Positions 1 through 7,573 of a stretch of 36,208 bases of DNA are shown here, piece by piece (the stretch's first letter is position 1; each line of letters begins with the position of its first letter). Both the position numbers and the translations under genes were made by a program. The notes below the pieces were generated by a model. The model was not told the DNA's origin, made no database searches, and saw only the letters and a list, made by a program, of their open reading frames with translations. This DNA comes from a virus: the IMG/VR virus record IMGVR_UViG_3300046660_000306, one strand, 5' to 3'.

Positions 1-127
1 GGGGTTGCAGCCCCTCGGCACCACTTCCCGTTATTCCGTTACTTGGCGAGCCAGATCAGTACGTCTGGTACCTGTAGGGCAGTGACAGCGATCAATGCGA
101 CCGTCGCGATTGTGCTGAGCAGGTTGT
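1..127. repeat. Terminal exact direct repeat, copy 1 (identical to 36082-36208). This is the signature of a circular contig written with a 127-nt overlap.
   Basis: ggggttgcagcccctcggcacc...ctgagcaggttgt was read at both ends of the window. A hairpin and the minus-strand operon read straight through the junction. Confidence 0.9.
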
Positions 128-176
128 TCAACAGTTCTCTGCTACCCCGTTGGCCTGTTTCGTTGGTGCGCTGCAT
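39..176 (-). CDS. Small (45 aa) putative membrane peptide, too short for the ORF track: MQRTNETGQRGSRELLNNLLSTIATVALIAVTALQVPDVLIWLAK
   Basis: Hand translation. ATG at 176-174 is preceded by GGAGAGAACC. The C-terminal half is one hydrophobic helix. Stop TAA is at 41-39. It shares a duplicated leader with the 85-aa ORF at 36049. Confidence 0.45.
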   Translation of the reverse strand: MQRTNETGQRGSRELLNNLLSTIATVALIAVTALQVPDVLIWLAK

Positions 177-213
177 GGTTCTCTCCTTTCAGTGGTTGCC
201 GGTTGCAGCCGGC
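174..213 (-). repeat. Leader repeat copy 1: hairpin gccgg-ttgcag-ccggc (198-213) plus the conserved block accactgaaaggagagaaccATGca
   Basis: The 23-nt block catggttctctcctttcagtggt (174-196) is identical to 36047-36069. Both copies follow a GC hairpin with the same ttgcag loop. Confidence 0.7.
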
Positions 214-214
214 G

Positions 215-517
215 CTACATGTCGCTGTCTGGCTTTCGCACCAGGTGCAGCTCCAAGCCTTCAAACTCGTTGTTATCCTCAGTGCTCGATTGCCAATCCA
301 GTGCTGCCTGGATCTGCTGTCGCGAGCAGTTCAAGACCAAAATCTCGCGCTGACCGTCCGTTGCGCGCACTTCTAAGATGTCGACCAGGCCATCAGTACC
401 GTAGGCGTCGGCTTGTACGGTTTTCCGGTGATCGTTGCCCATTTGGCGCATAAGTTCGGTGACGCGGTCTTGCAGGCTTGCCGCTGTGTCGCTTCCGGCG
501 AGTATTTGAATTTGCAT
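215..517 (-). CDS. Hypothetical early-region protein (100 aa)
   Basis: ORF track. GAGGGA lies 7 nt upstream of the ATG at 517. The gene is co-oriented with and directly downstream of the primase-helicase. Confidence 0.6.
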   Translation of the reverse strand: MQIQILAGSDTAASLQDRVTELMRQMGNDHRKTVQADAYGTDGLVDILEVRATDGQREILVLNCSRQQIQAALDWQSSTEDNNEFEGLELHLVRKPDSDM

Positions 518-542
518 TCATCTGTCCCTCGGTGATTGACGG

Positions 543-3350
543 TCAGGCCTGAAAAATCCAGCACTTCACGATGGGTTGCTTGGTGACGACAGCGTTAGAG
601 TGCTTGGCCTGGTGGGCACGCACCGCGCTGTCAGTGGCCTTGTTCGTGTCGATCAATTTTCGAGAGCGGGAATCTTTCAGGCGCTCTCTCAATTCGCCGA
701 TATCGGCAACCTTCTGGCGGTGCTCGGCCGCGCACTTAACGAAGTCGTTGAGGTTGATGGCAATGGTGTTGTCTTTCTTGCTGTGATTGACCACCGGGCC
801 GTCAGCGTCCAGACCTTCGAGGTACTCGTACACTTCCCAGAATTCAGCCACCACCGGATGATCCGAGCTGATCGAGGCCTGACGCTCGATGGCCATACGG
901 ATGATTTGAGTGCGGGTGTGGCTGATTTGCGGCTCGCTGAGAGGCAGGACCAGGCGCAAGCAATCGAGCAGGGCGAGCAGCTGGGCGTGGTTCTTGTTGA
1001 TCCGCTCCACACGGATGTAGCCGCGTAGCTTGTTACCGCAGTGGGCACAGTGGTCGTGCTCATTTTTGAATGGCGTTTCGCACGCGAAGCAGTGGCTGTG
1101 AAGGGTGCGCAGTTTTGCTTCGTAACCAGGCACACGACTGGCGAACAGCTCCATCACTTCTGACTCTTTGCGTACTGCTTGCAGCAGGAAGTTGCTGAGC
1201 TTTGCGCCCTCCAAAGAATTGAGCAGGTCCGCTGCTGCGCGGCTTTCAGCAGTCACGGTTGGCCGCATAAAATGCAATTTCACAATCCGGGTCATGATCG
1301 CCTCGGACGCAACAACTGGGGCGTTCTGACTGATCGCAATGGTGGCGCGGAAGGGCGGCTCGTAGGTTTCGTTGCCAGCGGTTTTGACACCCTTGGTCGC
1401 GAGTGTGCCGCCGCCGTAGTAGTCCTTCAGCTCGTCCCATTCGAACGTTTTGGCGTGCGCCTTATCGTCGCCGCTGCGATCCGATTCCAGCAGCACGACG
1501 GGCATGCCAGAGATTTGACCCATCAAGCGGCTACGGCCGGCTTTGGTGGATTTGGATGGGTCGAAGCCTTCGTATCCTTCGCGGCCCAGCAATTTCCACA
1601 GCAAGGTGAGCAGGGTGGTTTTGCCGGCACCGGCTTCGCCTGTTGCTTCCAGGAAGGGAAACGATTGGTACCGGGCGCGAATCTGCTCGGCGAACAGCGA
1701 GCCAAACCAGAAGGTCAGCGCAACGGTGCCCTGGGCGCCAAAGCACTGCCAGAGCAAATTCAACCACTGTGGGTCGTAGTCCTTGGCGTCCTTCTGCAGG
1801 GCGATCTTCACGCCTTTTTGCAGGCTCTTGAGTTTCAGCTTGCCCATCTCGAAGAATTCCTCTTCGTTGATGGTGATGAGCTGGCCTTCCCGGATAGCGA
1901 TGTCGTTGAACACGTAGCAGCCGTACTCCCTGCTGTAGCCGACGTAGTCGATGGTTTGAACGGTTTTGATGCCGAAGAGCTGGTCTTTCATGATCTTGTC
2001 CAACTGTTGTCCACTACCGGTGAACACGGCCCCGGCGCCCATGCCGAGAAGTCTTTTTTTGAATTCGCTGGCCGCTGCGACCTGGCCACCGGTGAAGGTG
2101 TTTTTCACCGAGCCGCCGTCGTGGGGGAAGTCGACGCGGAAGAAGTACCAGGACTCGTCGGTGATCTCGTTGCGCTGGAAATACAGTGCCTTGGGGTAGC
2201 AGTTGGCGATCTCGACCACGCAGCCAGACATGCGCAGCGCCTTGGCGCGGCGTGCTTTGTCGTTGAGTTGTTGGTCTTCTTGGTTATCGCTGGCATCCAG
2301 TGCCTGCATGGCGCTGTTGAACTTCGAGATGTCCAACTTCCACCAGTACAGGCGGGAGTCGAAGCCGAAGTGAAACTCTTCGCGCTCGCGCCACTGGTAC
2401 ATCAGCAAGGCTTTCTCCACGGCGCTTTCCGCGATCAGCAGGGCTCCGTGATGCTTGGCGTCGTCCAGCTCTTTGTCGATCCGCTGGGTGCGGGCTTCGA
2501 CGTCATCCATGAATGCCCACCGCTGGTGCAGATCGTTCCAATCGACCTTGCGCGAATCAGGCTGGGGAATCTGCGCCGCGTCGCAAGTGAAGCCAAGGTC
2601 GCGCGCCTGGCGGACCCACATGCGGGTGTATTTGTGCGCACCTGGTTCGTTGTCCAGTGCCCAGATCAGCTTCGGCGTTTTGCCGCCGCGAGCGGTGATC
2701 AGAGCTTTCAGCGACTCCTCTGGATAGGCGTTCGAGGAAAGCGCGGCGACGGCTGGAATGCCGTTCTGTACCAAGGCAATGGCATCGAAGATGCCCTCGA
2801 CGATCCACAGCTCGTCGACCTGCATAAGATCCACGCAGGGAGGCACCCACCAATAACCCTTGTAGCTTTCGCCAGGTTTGAAACGAGCCTTCTTCTTGCC
2901 GAAGCGATTCGGCTTGTCGATCAGCCGCTCCCAATAGCCACCCTTTTCGAGTGGAAAGCGAACGGTGGCCGAGCCAATGTTAAGCTCGCGATCAAAGTAG
3001 TTTTCCTGGGTGTACCAGCCTTCGATCATCCCCACGTCGAATCCACGGGCGAAGGTCAGATAGGCTTTGGCGCTCGCTGCGGGTTGATCGTCGGTGGCAG
3101 GGGCTCGCTTGCTCCAGTCGTCGAACAGGTCGCTGTACAGCTCCTTGACCGGTTCCATGTAGCGGCATTTCTGCTCGCGGCCGCAGCGGATGAACCATGG
3201 CTCGTCGTAGCGGGAAAACAGCCGCCGCTGGTTGCACTGCGGGCAAGTCCCCTTGCGCATGTATTGGGTGCCGGCCATATGCTGCAGGCCAAAGTCGGAC
3301 TCGAGCCGCTGCAATACGTCAGCGCGCAATTGGTGGTCCATGGTCTTCAC
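543..3350 (-). CDS. Replication primase-helicase: N-terminal zinc finger, Toprim domain, P-loop NTPase, and C-terminal zinc ribbon / DNA-binding region (P4 alpha-like architecture)
   Basis: CPQC...C..KC near the N-terminus. Toprim-like WIVEGIFDAIAL and ALDNEPGA. Walker A GEAGAGKTT. CFAC...CAHC ribbon. 935 aa, the largest early gene. Confidence 0.8.
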   Translation of the reverse strand: MKTMDHQLRADVLQRLESDFGLQHMAGTQYMRKGTCPQCNQRRLFSRYDEPWFIRCGREQKCRYMEPVKELYSDLFDDWSKRAPATDDQPAASAKAYLTFARGFDVGMIEGWYTQENYFDRELNIGSATVRFPLEKGGYWERLIDKPNRFGKKKARFKPGESYKGYWWVPPCVDLMQVDELWIVEGIFDAIALVQNGIPAVAALSSNAYPEESLKALITARGGKTPKLIWALDNEPGAHKYTRMWVRQARDLGFTCDAAQIPQPDSRKVDWNDLHQRWAFMDDVEARTQRIDKELDDAKHHGALLIAESAVEKALLMYQWREREEFHFGFDSRLYWWKLDISKFNSAMQALDASDNQEDQQLNDKARRAKALRMSGCVVEIANCYPKALYFQRNEITDESWYFFRVDFPHDGGSVKNTFTGGQVAAASEFKKRLLGMGAGAVFTGSGQQLDKIMKDQLFGIKTVQTIDYVGYSREYGCYVFNDIAIREGQLITINEEEFFEMGKLKLKSLQKGVKIALQKDAKDYDPQWLNLLWQCFGAQGTVALTFWFGSLFAEQIRARYQSFPFLEATGEAGAGKTTLLTLLWKLLGREGYEGFDPSKSTKAGRSRLMGQISGMPVVLLESDRSGDDKAHAKTFEWDELKDYYGGGTLATKGVKTAGNETYEPPFRATIAISQNAPVVASEAIMTRIVKLHFMRPTVTAESRAAADLLNSLEGAKLSNFLLQAVRKESEVMELFASRVPGYEAKLRTLHSHCFACETPFKNEHDHCAHCGNKLRGYIRVERINKNHAQLLALLDCLRLVLPLSEPQISHTRTQIIRMAIERQASISSDHPVVAEFWEVYEYLEGLDADGPVVNHSKKDNTIAINLNDFVKCAAEHRQKVADIGELRERLKDSRSRKLIDTNKATDSAVRAHQAKHSNAVVTKQPIVKCWIFQA

Positions 3351-3592
3351 TGCGCACGCTCCACAGCGTTGGTGCTGAGCTGCTTTTTCAGCTCACTGCG
3401 AGTCCGGCAAATGCCGGCCAGGTGCGGGATGTCCTTGAGTACCTTCGGTCCTCGTTGGTCACGCGGTACATTCCGATAACGGTCGGAGTACCAAACGTCA
3501 GCCATGGTGGTGTCGTACTGGCTTTCGAGCCACTGCAGGTATTGCTCTGCCTGCTGTTGGTTCAGTTCCAGTTGGATGGTGATATTGCTCAT
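3347..3592 (-). CDS. Hypothetical early protein (about 81 aa; alternative GTG start at 3601)
   Basis: ORF track. Its stop overlaps the primase ATG by 4 nt. Same strand and operon. Confidence 0.55.
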   Translation of the reverse strand: MSNITIQLELNQQQAEQYLQWLESQYDTTMADVWYSDRYRNVPRDQRGPKVLKDIPHLAGICRTRSELKKQLSTNAVERAQ

Positions 3593-3662
3593 TTCGGCCA
3601 CCAGTAAAGTGCAGTTTCCCCTTACCCACGCAAGGCGGGCAGATGTCAGGGGCGGTTCAGAT

Positions 3663-4037
3663 TTAGTTCGAGGTGTCGCGTGAGGTCAGCAAGCGCGCTG
3701 GTAAGAAGCGCGCCGGTACCGGGTAACGCTTCTGCGTTTGTGTATCCAGCAACCAGACTAGGTACCGGTATGCGCTGCTTGCCGGATAGATGCCCAGCAG
3801 AGCCACACGTTTTGTGGTCATGCTTTCGAATTCGGCAACTGCCAGTTCAGCGATGCGCTGCACCAGGTGCTCGGATACTTCGAGCGATTGGGCGAGGTAG
3901 CGTTTGCAGTTTTCAAGTAGCTGGTGATCGCCGGACAGGTGCTGTCCTTGTTGGCGGTACAGGTAGGCCACGGCCGCTTGCTGCATTGCAGCGCGATAGT
4001 CATTGGTAGGATTGATCGTCAAGGTGATGGCGTTCAT
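3663..4037 (-). CDS. Hypothetical early protein (124 aa)
   Basis: ORF track. Its ATG overlaps the stop of the ogr-like gene (4034-4037), suggesting translational coupling. Confidence 0.6.
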   Translation of the reverse strand: MNAITLTINPTNDYRAAMQQAAVAYLYRQQGQHLSGDHQLLENCKRYLAQSLEVSEHLVQRIAELAVAEFESMTTKRVALLGIYPASSAYRYLVWLLDTQTQKRYPVPARFLPARLLTSRDTSN

Positions 4038-4327
4038 GCGTATTCAACCTCCTTATCGAGTGGTTCCAGCAAATCAAGCTGATCGTCCTGGGACTTCATC
4101 GCCAAGCGCCGCAATGCAACAGGAGCTACGGGTAGCTTGACGGTTGGGTTGGGCATCCCGCTGGGGCTCATTTCATGAGTCATTTCAAACTCGGCTCGCA
4201 CGGACCAGCCGCAAGCCTCGTTTGCGCATTGCAGGTAAGCCACGCGCAGGAAAATGTGAGTGCCTTCGCTGGTGCGAATTCGCATGCGGCCCATGCAGTG
4301 GGGGCAAACCATTTTGTAAACGCTCAT
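4034..4327 (-). CDS. ogr: Ogr/Delta-family zinc-finger late-gene transcriptional activator
   Basis: C8-x2-C11-x22-C34-x4-C39 has the same cysteine spacing as P2 Ogr as I remember it. The motifs are RTS and YLQCxNxxC. 97 aa. Confidence 0.8.
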   Translation of the reverse strand: MSVYKMVCPHCMGRMRIRTSEGTHIFLRVAYLQCANEACGWSVRAEFEMTHEMSPSGMPNPTVKLPVAPVALRRLAMKSQDDQLDLLEPLDKEVEYA

Positions 4328-4797
4328 TGGTCAGCCTCCTTGCTGTGCAGTTGGATCGTGGCCAACACTTCGGAATGCCGCGCACTCAGGTACTTGCTGT
4401 GGGCCGCGAGAATTGCAGCCGCCTCACCTTTCTCGATGACGCCATCGGCCAACGCTTTATCGATGATCTGATCGACTACACCACGCTTGGCTGCTGTGCT
4501 GACCGTACGGCTGTACAACTCGATGTTGTCCAGGGTTTCGGGGGCTGCAATCGGTACGAACATGCCGCTGTATAGGGAGGCCACGTACTCAGGAAAGAAG
4601 CTGGTACCCGCATCTCGCTCGAGCATATGAATCTGGTCATCGCTCAACGGCCGGCTGCCGGCATTTTCGTAGACGTGGTTGTCGAATTTCTTGAGCTCGT
4701 AGCCGAGGCGTGCGGCTGCACATTCGCGACCACCTGGATAAGCGCAAACAACTGCACTGACTACTTGACGTCTGGTTTCTAGCACTAAGCGCTTCAT
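4324..4797 (-). CDS. Phage regulatory CII-like protein (186 CII / CP76-type). An alternative GTG start at 4827 is possible.
   Basis: About 157-167 aa, placed immediately after the cro-like gene as in 186. AAGGAGG lies upstream of the ATG at 4797. The family call is from memory of the general sequence pattern. Confidence 0.5.
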   Translation of the reverse strand: MKRLVLETRRQVVSAVVCAYPGGRECAAARLGYELKKFDNHVYENAGSRPLSDDQIHMLERDAGTSFFPEYVASLYSGMFVPIAAPETLDNIELYSRTVSTAAKRGVVDQIIDKALADGVIEKGEAAAILAAHSKYLSARHSEVLATIQLHSKEADQ

Positions 4798-4826
4798 GTT
4801 CTCGTTTCCCTCCTTGGCTAGCCGCA

Positions 4827-5027
4827 CTACGGTGCAACCTCGCCGTCTTTGATCCCGAGCAAAACCGCTGCCCGGTGTGCCTCGCCTCGACGACCTTTCT
4901 TACGTCCATTGAGTAGATCACTGACCAAATTTTTGTTCAGACCATGTTCGCGGCTGAACTCCGCGATGCTTTTTCCCCGTCGGTCAAGAGCTGCACGGGC
5001 TTGCTCGGGGGTTAGAAGGACATGCAT
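4827..5027 (-). CDS. Small HTH DNA-binding protein, Ner/Nlp-like. By position it is the Cro/Cox/Apl analogue and first gene of the early lytic operon. An alternative TTG start lies at 5036.
   Basis: The segment GKSIAEFSREHGLNKNLVSDLLNGRKKGRRGEAHRAAVLLGI is typical of Ner-type regulators. The gene is divergent from the repressor gene. Confidence 0.6.
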   Translation of the reverse strand: MHVLLTPEQARAALDRRGKSIAEFSREHGLNKNLVSDLLNGRKKGRRGEAHRAAVLLGIKDGEVAP

Positions 5028-5029
5028 AG

Positions 5030-5089
5030 TGTTCAACCGTGTTTAATCGTGTTCGACGGTGAGGATTCTTGGGCAGAAATCTGTTCAAG
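5030..5089. promoter_or_regulatory. Lysis/lysogeny switch. Three direct repeats of TGTTC(A/G)A(C/G) at 5030-5037, 5050-5057 and 5082-5089 are candidate operators. A candidate early promoter on the minus strand has -35 TTGACT (5093-5088) and -10 AAGAAT (5070-5065) with a 17-nt spacer.
   Basis: Read directly in the 84-bp divergent intergenic region. P2 C repressor is known to use direct-repeat half sites. Confidence 0.45.
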
Positions 5090-5111
5090 TCAACTGGTAT
5101 TGATCAAAAAA

Positions 5112-5456
5112 GTGCTCATTTTAAATGGAGTAGGTGAACGCCTACGTGAAGAAAGGGATCGGTTGGGTTTGAATCAGACCGATTTTGGTATCGCTGCTGG
5201 CGTTAGCCGAGGAACTCAGAAGGCGTACGAACTGGAGTCAAGTTCGCCTGATGTGCGCTACTTGGCTGCTTTGCAGGAGATGTCTGTGGATGTTCATTTC
5301 GTCCTCACTGGCAGTCGGCATTCGATTGATGCCGCGAGCCTCAACGAGGAGGAGTCACTGGTTCTCGAACAGTTTCGCTCTCTCCCGGAGCACGACCGCG
5401 CGTCCGTGAAAAGGCTTACTGGTGCACTCGTAGATACTGTGCGAGTGAAGTTGTAA
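5112..5456 (+). CDS. XRE-family HTH immunity repressor (CI/C analogue), about 114 aa from a GTG start
   Basis: GERLREERDRLGLNQTDFGIAAGVSRGTQKAYE is a classic HTH_XRE segment. The ATG at 5022 given by the ORF track would overlap the divergent gene and the operators, so GTG at 5112 is preferred. Confidence 0.75.
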   Translation: MLILNGVGERLREERDRLGLNQTDFGIAAGVSRGTQKAYELESSSPDVRYLAALQEMSVDVHFVLTGSRHSIDAASLNEEESLVLEQFRSLPEHDRASVKRLTGALVDTVRVKL

Positions 5457-5525
5457 TCTGAGGATTCAACATGGCGCAGAACGCGGAATTCAGCCGCGTC
5501 AGTTCGTTCATAAGAAATAAACAGA

Positions 5526-5556
5526 AGCCCGGCCATTCAGCCGGGCTTTTTGTTTT
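5526..5556 (+). terminator. Rho-independent terminator after the repressor gene
   Basis: Stem agcccggc / gccgggct, loop cattca, then ttttTGtttt. Confidence 0.8.
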
Positions 5557-5602
5557 CTCAGCCACGGGAACGTGACTTTGTTGGCAAAATTCTCGCCTCC
5601 GT

Positions 5603-5624
5603 GTACTGTATGCGCATACAGTAC
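5603..5624. promoter_or_regulatory. Perfect 22-bp palindrome containing a LexA (SOS) box: TACTGTATGCGCATACAGTA
   Basis: gtactgtatgcgcatacagtac is its own reverse complement and fits CTGT-N8-ACAG. TTGGCA lies 17 nt upstream (5581-5586). The box is 20 nt upstream of the ATG at 5644. Confidence 0.8.
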
Positions 5625-5643
5625 TTGCGTATGGAGTTTGCGC

Positions 5644-5823
5644 ATGTTGTCGATACGGAAGGTGGAAACCAGTCCCGCCCAAGAACAGTCAAATTCACGT
5701 CGATACATTTCTCGAAAAGAGCGTGTATTGCTTCGATGGTTCCGCCGCTTAGGGAAAGAGGATCGTGCTCATGTCCTGCGTTTTGTGTCGGCAATGGCCA
5801 TAACAAAGCTGCCTCTCAAGTGA
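5644..5823 (+). CDS. 59-aa protein downstream of the LexA box: candidate SOS-induced antirepressor (functional analogue of 186 Tum or the Gifsy antirepressors)
   Basis: GGAG lies 8 nt upstream of the ATG. Sequence: MLSIRKVETSPAQEQSNSRRYISRKERVLLRWFRRLGKEDRAHVLRFVSAMAITKLPLK. The segment KERVLLRWFRRLGKEDRAHVLRFVSAM aligns with the CI C-terminal segment EESLVLEQFRSLPEHDRASVKRLTGAL at about 12/27 identities. Confidence 0.6.
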   Translation: MLSIRKVETSPAQEQSNSRRYISRKERVLLRWFRRLGKEDRAHVLRFVSAMAITKLPLK

Positions 5824-5841
5824 CGTTTCATGGATGAGCGG

Positions 5842-5863
5842 AGGCGCCTTAGGGCGTCTTTTT
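5842..5863 (+). terminator. Rho-independent terminator after the 59-aa gene
   Basis: Stem aggcgcc / ggcgtct (one G-U pair), loop ttag, then ttttt. Confidence 0.65.
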
Positions 5864-7131
5864 CATGCCTGGGCGTTTTGAATTCTCCTCCATTCCCTAT
5901 CTGTCGCCCGTTTCGCCGTCTTCTCACTTGCGTACAACCACTGCAACCGCTTGGGCTTTGTCTGATCGCCCGCCGTCACGGACTTTTCCTGTCCACTCTT
6001 ATCTTCTCGGTAGTAGGCGATGATGCCGGTGTAATCTCCTTTAGTTTCCTCGGCCAAGTCCTCGACCGTGTCCTCCGGCAACTTGCTCTCCAAATCTAGG
6101 CTCATCGTGTAGCCGTTGTCCGCGGTGAGGCTGTGCTGCACGTTGCCTCCGTACCAGATGATTTCCTCAATCTCGGCCTTCACGCCCTGGAGCGTGTAGG
6201 TCAGTTCCGGAATCAGGTCCGGTCGACCTCGAGCAAGGGTGTAGCTAAGGGTGGCGCTGCCGCGTTGGAGGCGATTGAACTCGGCTCGAGCAGCACGAAG
6301 GGCGGACTGCTGATCGCTGTAGGTATGGCGCAGGTCCTTGAGGTTCTCGCCGCCACCGGCAATTGCTTCCTGCTTCTTGGCACTGTTCACGTCGTAGTAA
6401 TAGGCGCGCACACCGTCGTAGCTGTCGCGATCGGCTTGCAGGAAGCGGTGCTGATCGCCATCAACGCGTGTAAGGGTGATGTGAGGCAGTGCCATGCCAC
6501 TGGCCGTCTTGCCACCGCCGGCCGGCATGCACAACAGGCATCCCGCTTTGACGGTTGCCACCGCATCGAACTCTTCCCCCAGTCGACTGATCAGGTTGGC
6601 ATCCGACTCATTGGCCTGGTCGAGCTGCAGGATGGGCAGGTTGCCCAAGGCTTCGGCAATCGTTGCCGTCAGTCCGTTGCTGCTCGCAATAGCGCCCAGT
6701 ACGTTGGCCAGGGTGGTGTTGCTCCAACTGCGTTCGCGCTTTGTCTTGAGCCCTTTGCGCAGGTCCGCCGATCGTGCGCGAATGCTGAGCACGTCAGGTG
6801 CACCGCTGTGTTCGGTTTCGTCGACGGTGTAGGTGCCTTTGTCGACCAGGCCGGTATCACTCCAGCCCAACCACAACCGCAGAACAGCGCCCTTGGGTGG
6901 AATGACCAGCAGGCCGTCGTGGTCGGAGAGTGTGATGCTGAGCTGGTCGGCCTCAATGCCTCGATTGTCGGTCAGCTCCAGGCTCATCAGCCGGGGACTG
7001 ATCAACTGCGCGATGTCATTGCCGTCGACGGTCAGGCGGAACGCCGGTACCGGATAGGCGGCATCACGGCGAATCTGTTCCAGGGCGTTGGTCACGTAGC
7101 CCGTCACTCGGGAAATCGCGGCATCGATCAC
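5863..7131 (-). CDS. D: Tail protein D (P2 gpD, late control D family)
   Basis: PAFRLTVDGNDI...LMSLELTDNRG.EADQLSITLSDHDG and synteny after U. The GTG start overlaps the gpU stop (GTGA). The longer N-terminus shown in the ORF track is rejected. Confidence 0.85.
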   Translation of the reverse strand: MIDAAISRVTGYVTNALEQIRRDAAYPVPAFRLTVDGNDIAQLISPRLMSLELTDNRGIEADQLSITLSDHDGLLVIPPKGAVLRLWLGWSDTGLVDKGTYTVDETEHSGAPDVLSIRARSADLRKGLKTKRERSWSNTTLANVLGAIASSNGLTATIAEALGNLPILQLDQANESDANLISRLGEEFDAVATVKAGCLLCMPAGGGKTASGMALPHITLTRVDGDQHRFLQADRDSYDGVRAYYYDVNSAKKQEAIAGGGENLKDLRHTYSDQQSALRAARAEFNRLQRGSATLSYTLARGRPDLIPELTYTLQGVKAEIEEIIWYGGNVQHSLTADNGYTMSLDLESKLPEDTVEDLAEETKGDYTGIIAYYREDKSGQEKSVTAGDQTKPKRLQWLYASEKTAKRATDREWRRIQNAQA

Positions 7132-7568
7132 AGCAGCCCCCTCAGAATGTTCACCCCGGCGCCGGTGCTTGCGCCGATCAGATCTACACGACCATCGTCG
7201 ACGCGCTTCAGGCTCAGGTTGAATTCGATTCGTCGCGCGGCACCGTTGGGAAAAAAGATCGTCCTGGTCTCTGTCAGGTTGTCGATCACCCAGAGTCCGC
7301 ACAACCGGCCAGTGCCTTCGACCATCGGCCAGGCCTTGCCGGTGTCAGCCATCTGGCGCAACGCATCCAAGCTCAAAACGGTACCGGCCAACTCCGGAAA
7401 GATGATGCCGGGGAGGGTGACGGCATCTTCCCCCCTGCCCAGAAACTGACGGGCAGGGTTGGTGCCGATACGACTGCTGCCAGGGTGACGCCATTCCGTC
7501 TGGCGCTGCATCTCCTGATAGGCAGCCGTGTGCAGGCTAAAAACGAACATGCCGAGGGCGAGCATCAT
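7128..7568 (-). CDS. U: Tail protein U (P2 gpU)
   Basis: MMLALGMFVFSL...TEWRHP...GEDAVTLPG pattern, size and synteny. Confidence 0.85.
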   Translation of the reverse strand: MMLALGMFVFSLHTAAYQEMQRQTEWRHPGSSRIGTNPARQFLGRGEDAVTLPGIIFPELAGTVLSLDALRQMADTGKAWPMVEGTGRLCGLWVIDNLTETRTIFFPNGAARRIEFNLSLKRVDDGRVDLIGASTGAGVNILRGLL

Positions 7569-7573
7569 GCGGG

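Noticed and set aside
1-127. Terminal repeat as a biological DTR, LTR or IS end
   Set aside because: It cuts through an operon and a hairpin. The phage has P2-type cos packaging genes and a cos-like site elsewhere. The 127-nt length is characteristic of an assembler overlap.
1179-3479. 766-aa plus-strand ORF antisense to the primase-helicase, and similar long antisense ORFs at 6133-7449, 7919-10030, 10706-12727, 18196-18894 and 22652-23602
   Set aside because: These are typical shadow ORFs of high-GC DNA. They have low-complexity Ala/Gly/Arg/Val-rich translations, no RBS and no recognisable motifs. In every case the opposite strand encodes a clearly recognisable P2-family protein.
5022-5111. 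N-terminal 30-aa extension of the repressor ORF (ATG at 5022)
   Set aside because: It would overlap the divergent Ner-like gene start and all the operators. The HTH begins right after the GVGERLREE segment following the GVG at 5112, as in other XRE repressors.
5558-5837. Other overlapping ORFs in the LexA-box region (5416-5682 minus, 5508-5708 minus, 5550-5837 plus, 5558-5806 minus)
   Set aside because: None has an RBS or sensible placement relative to the terminators. Only the 5644-5823 frame combines a GGAG RBS, the SOS box upstream, a terminator downstream and similarity to the repressor C-terminus.
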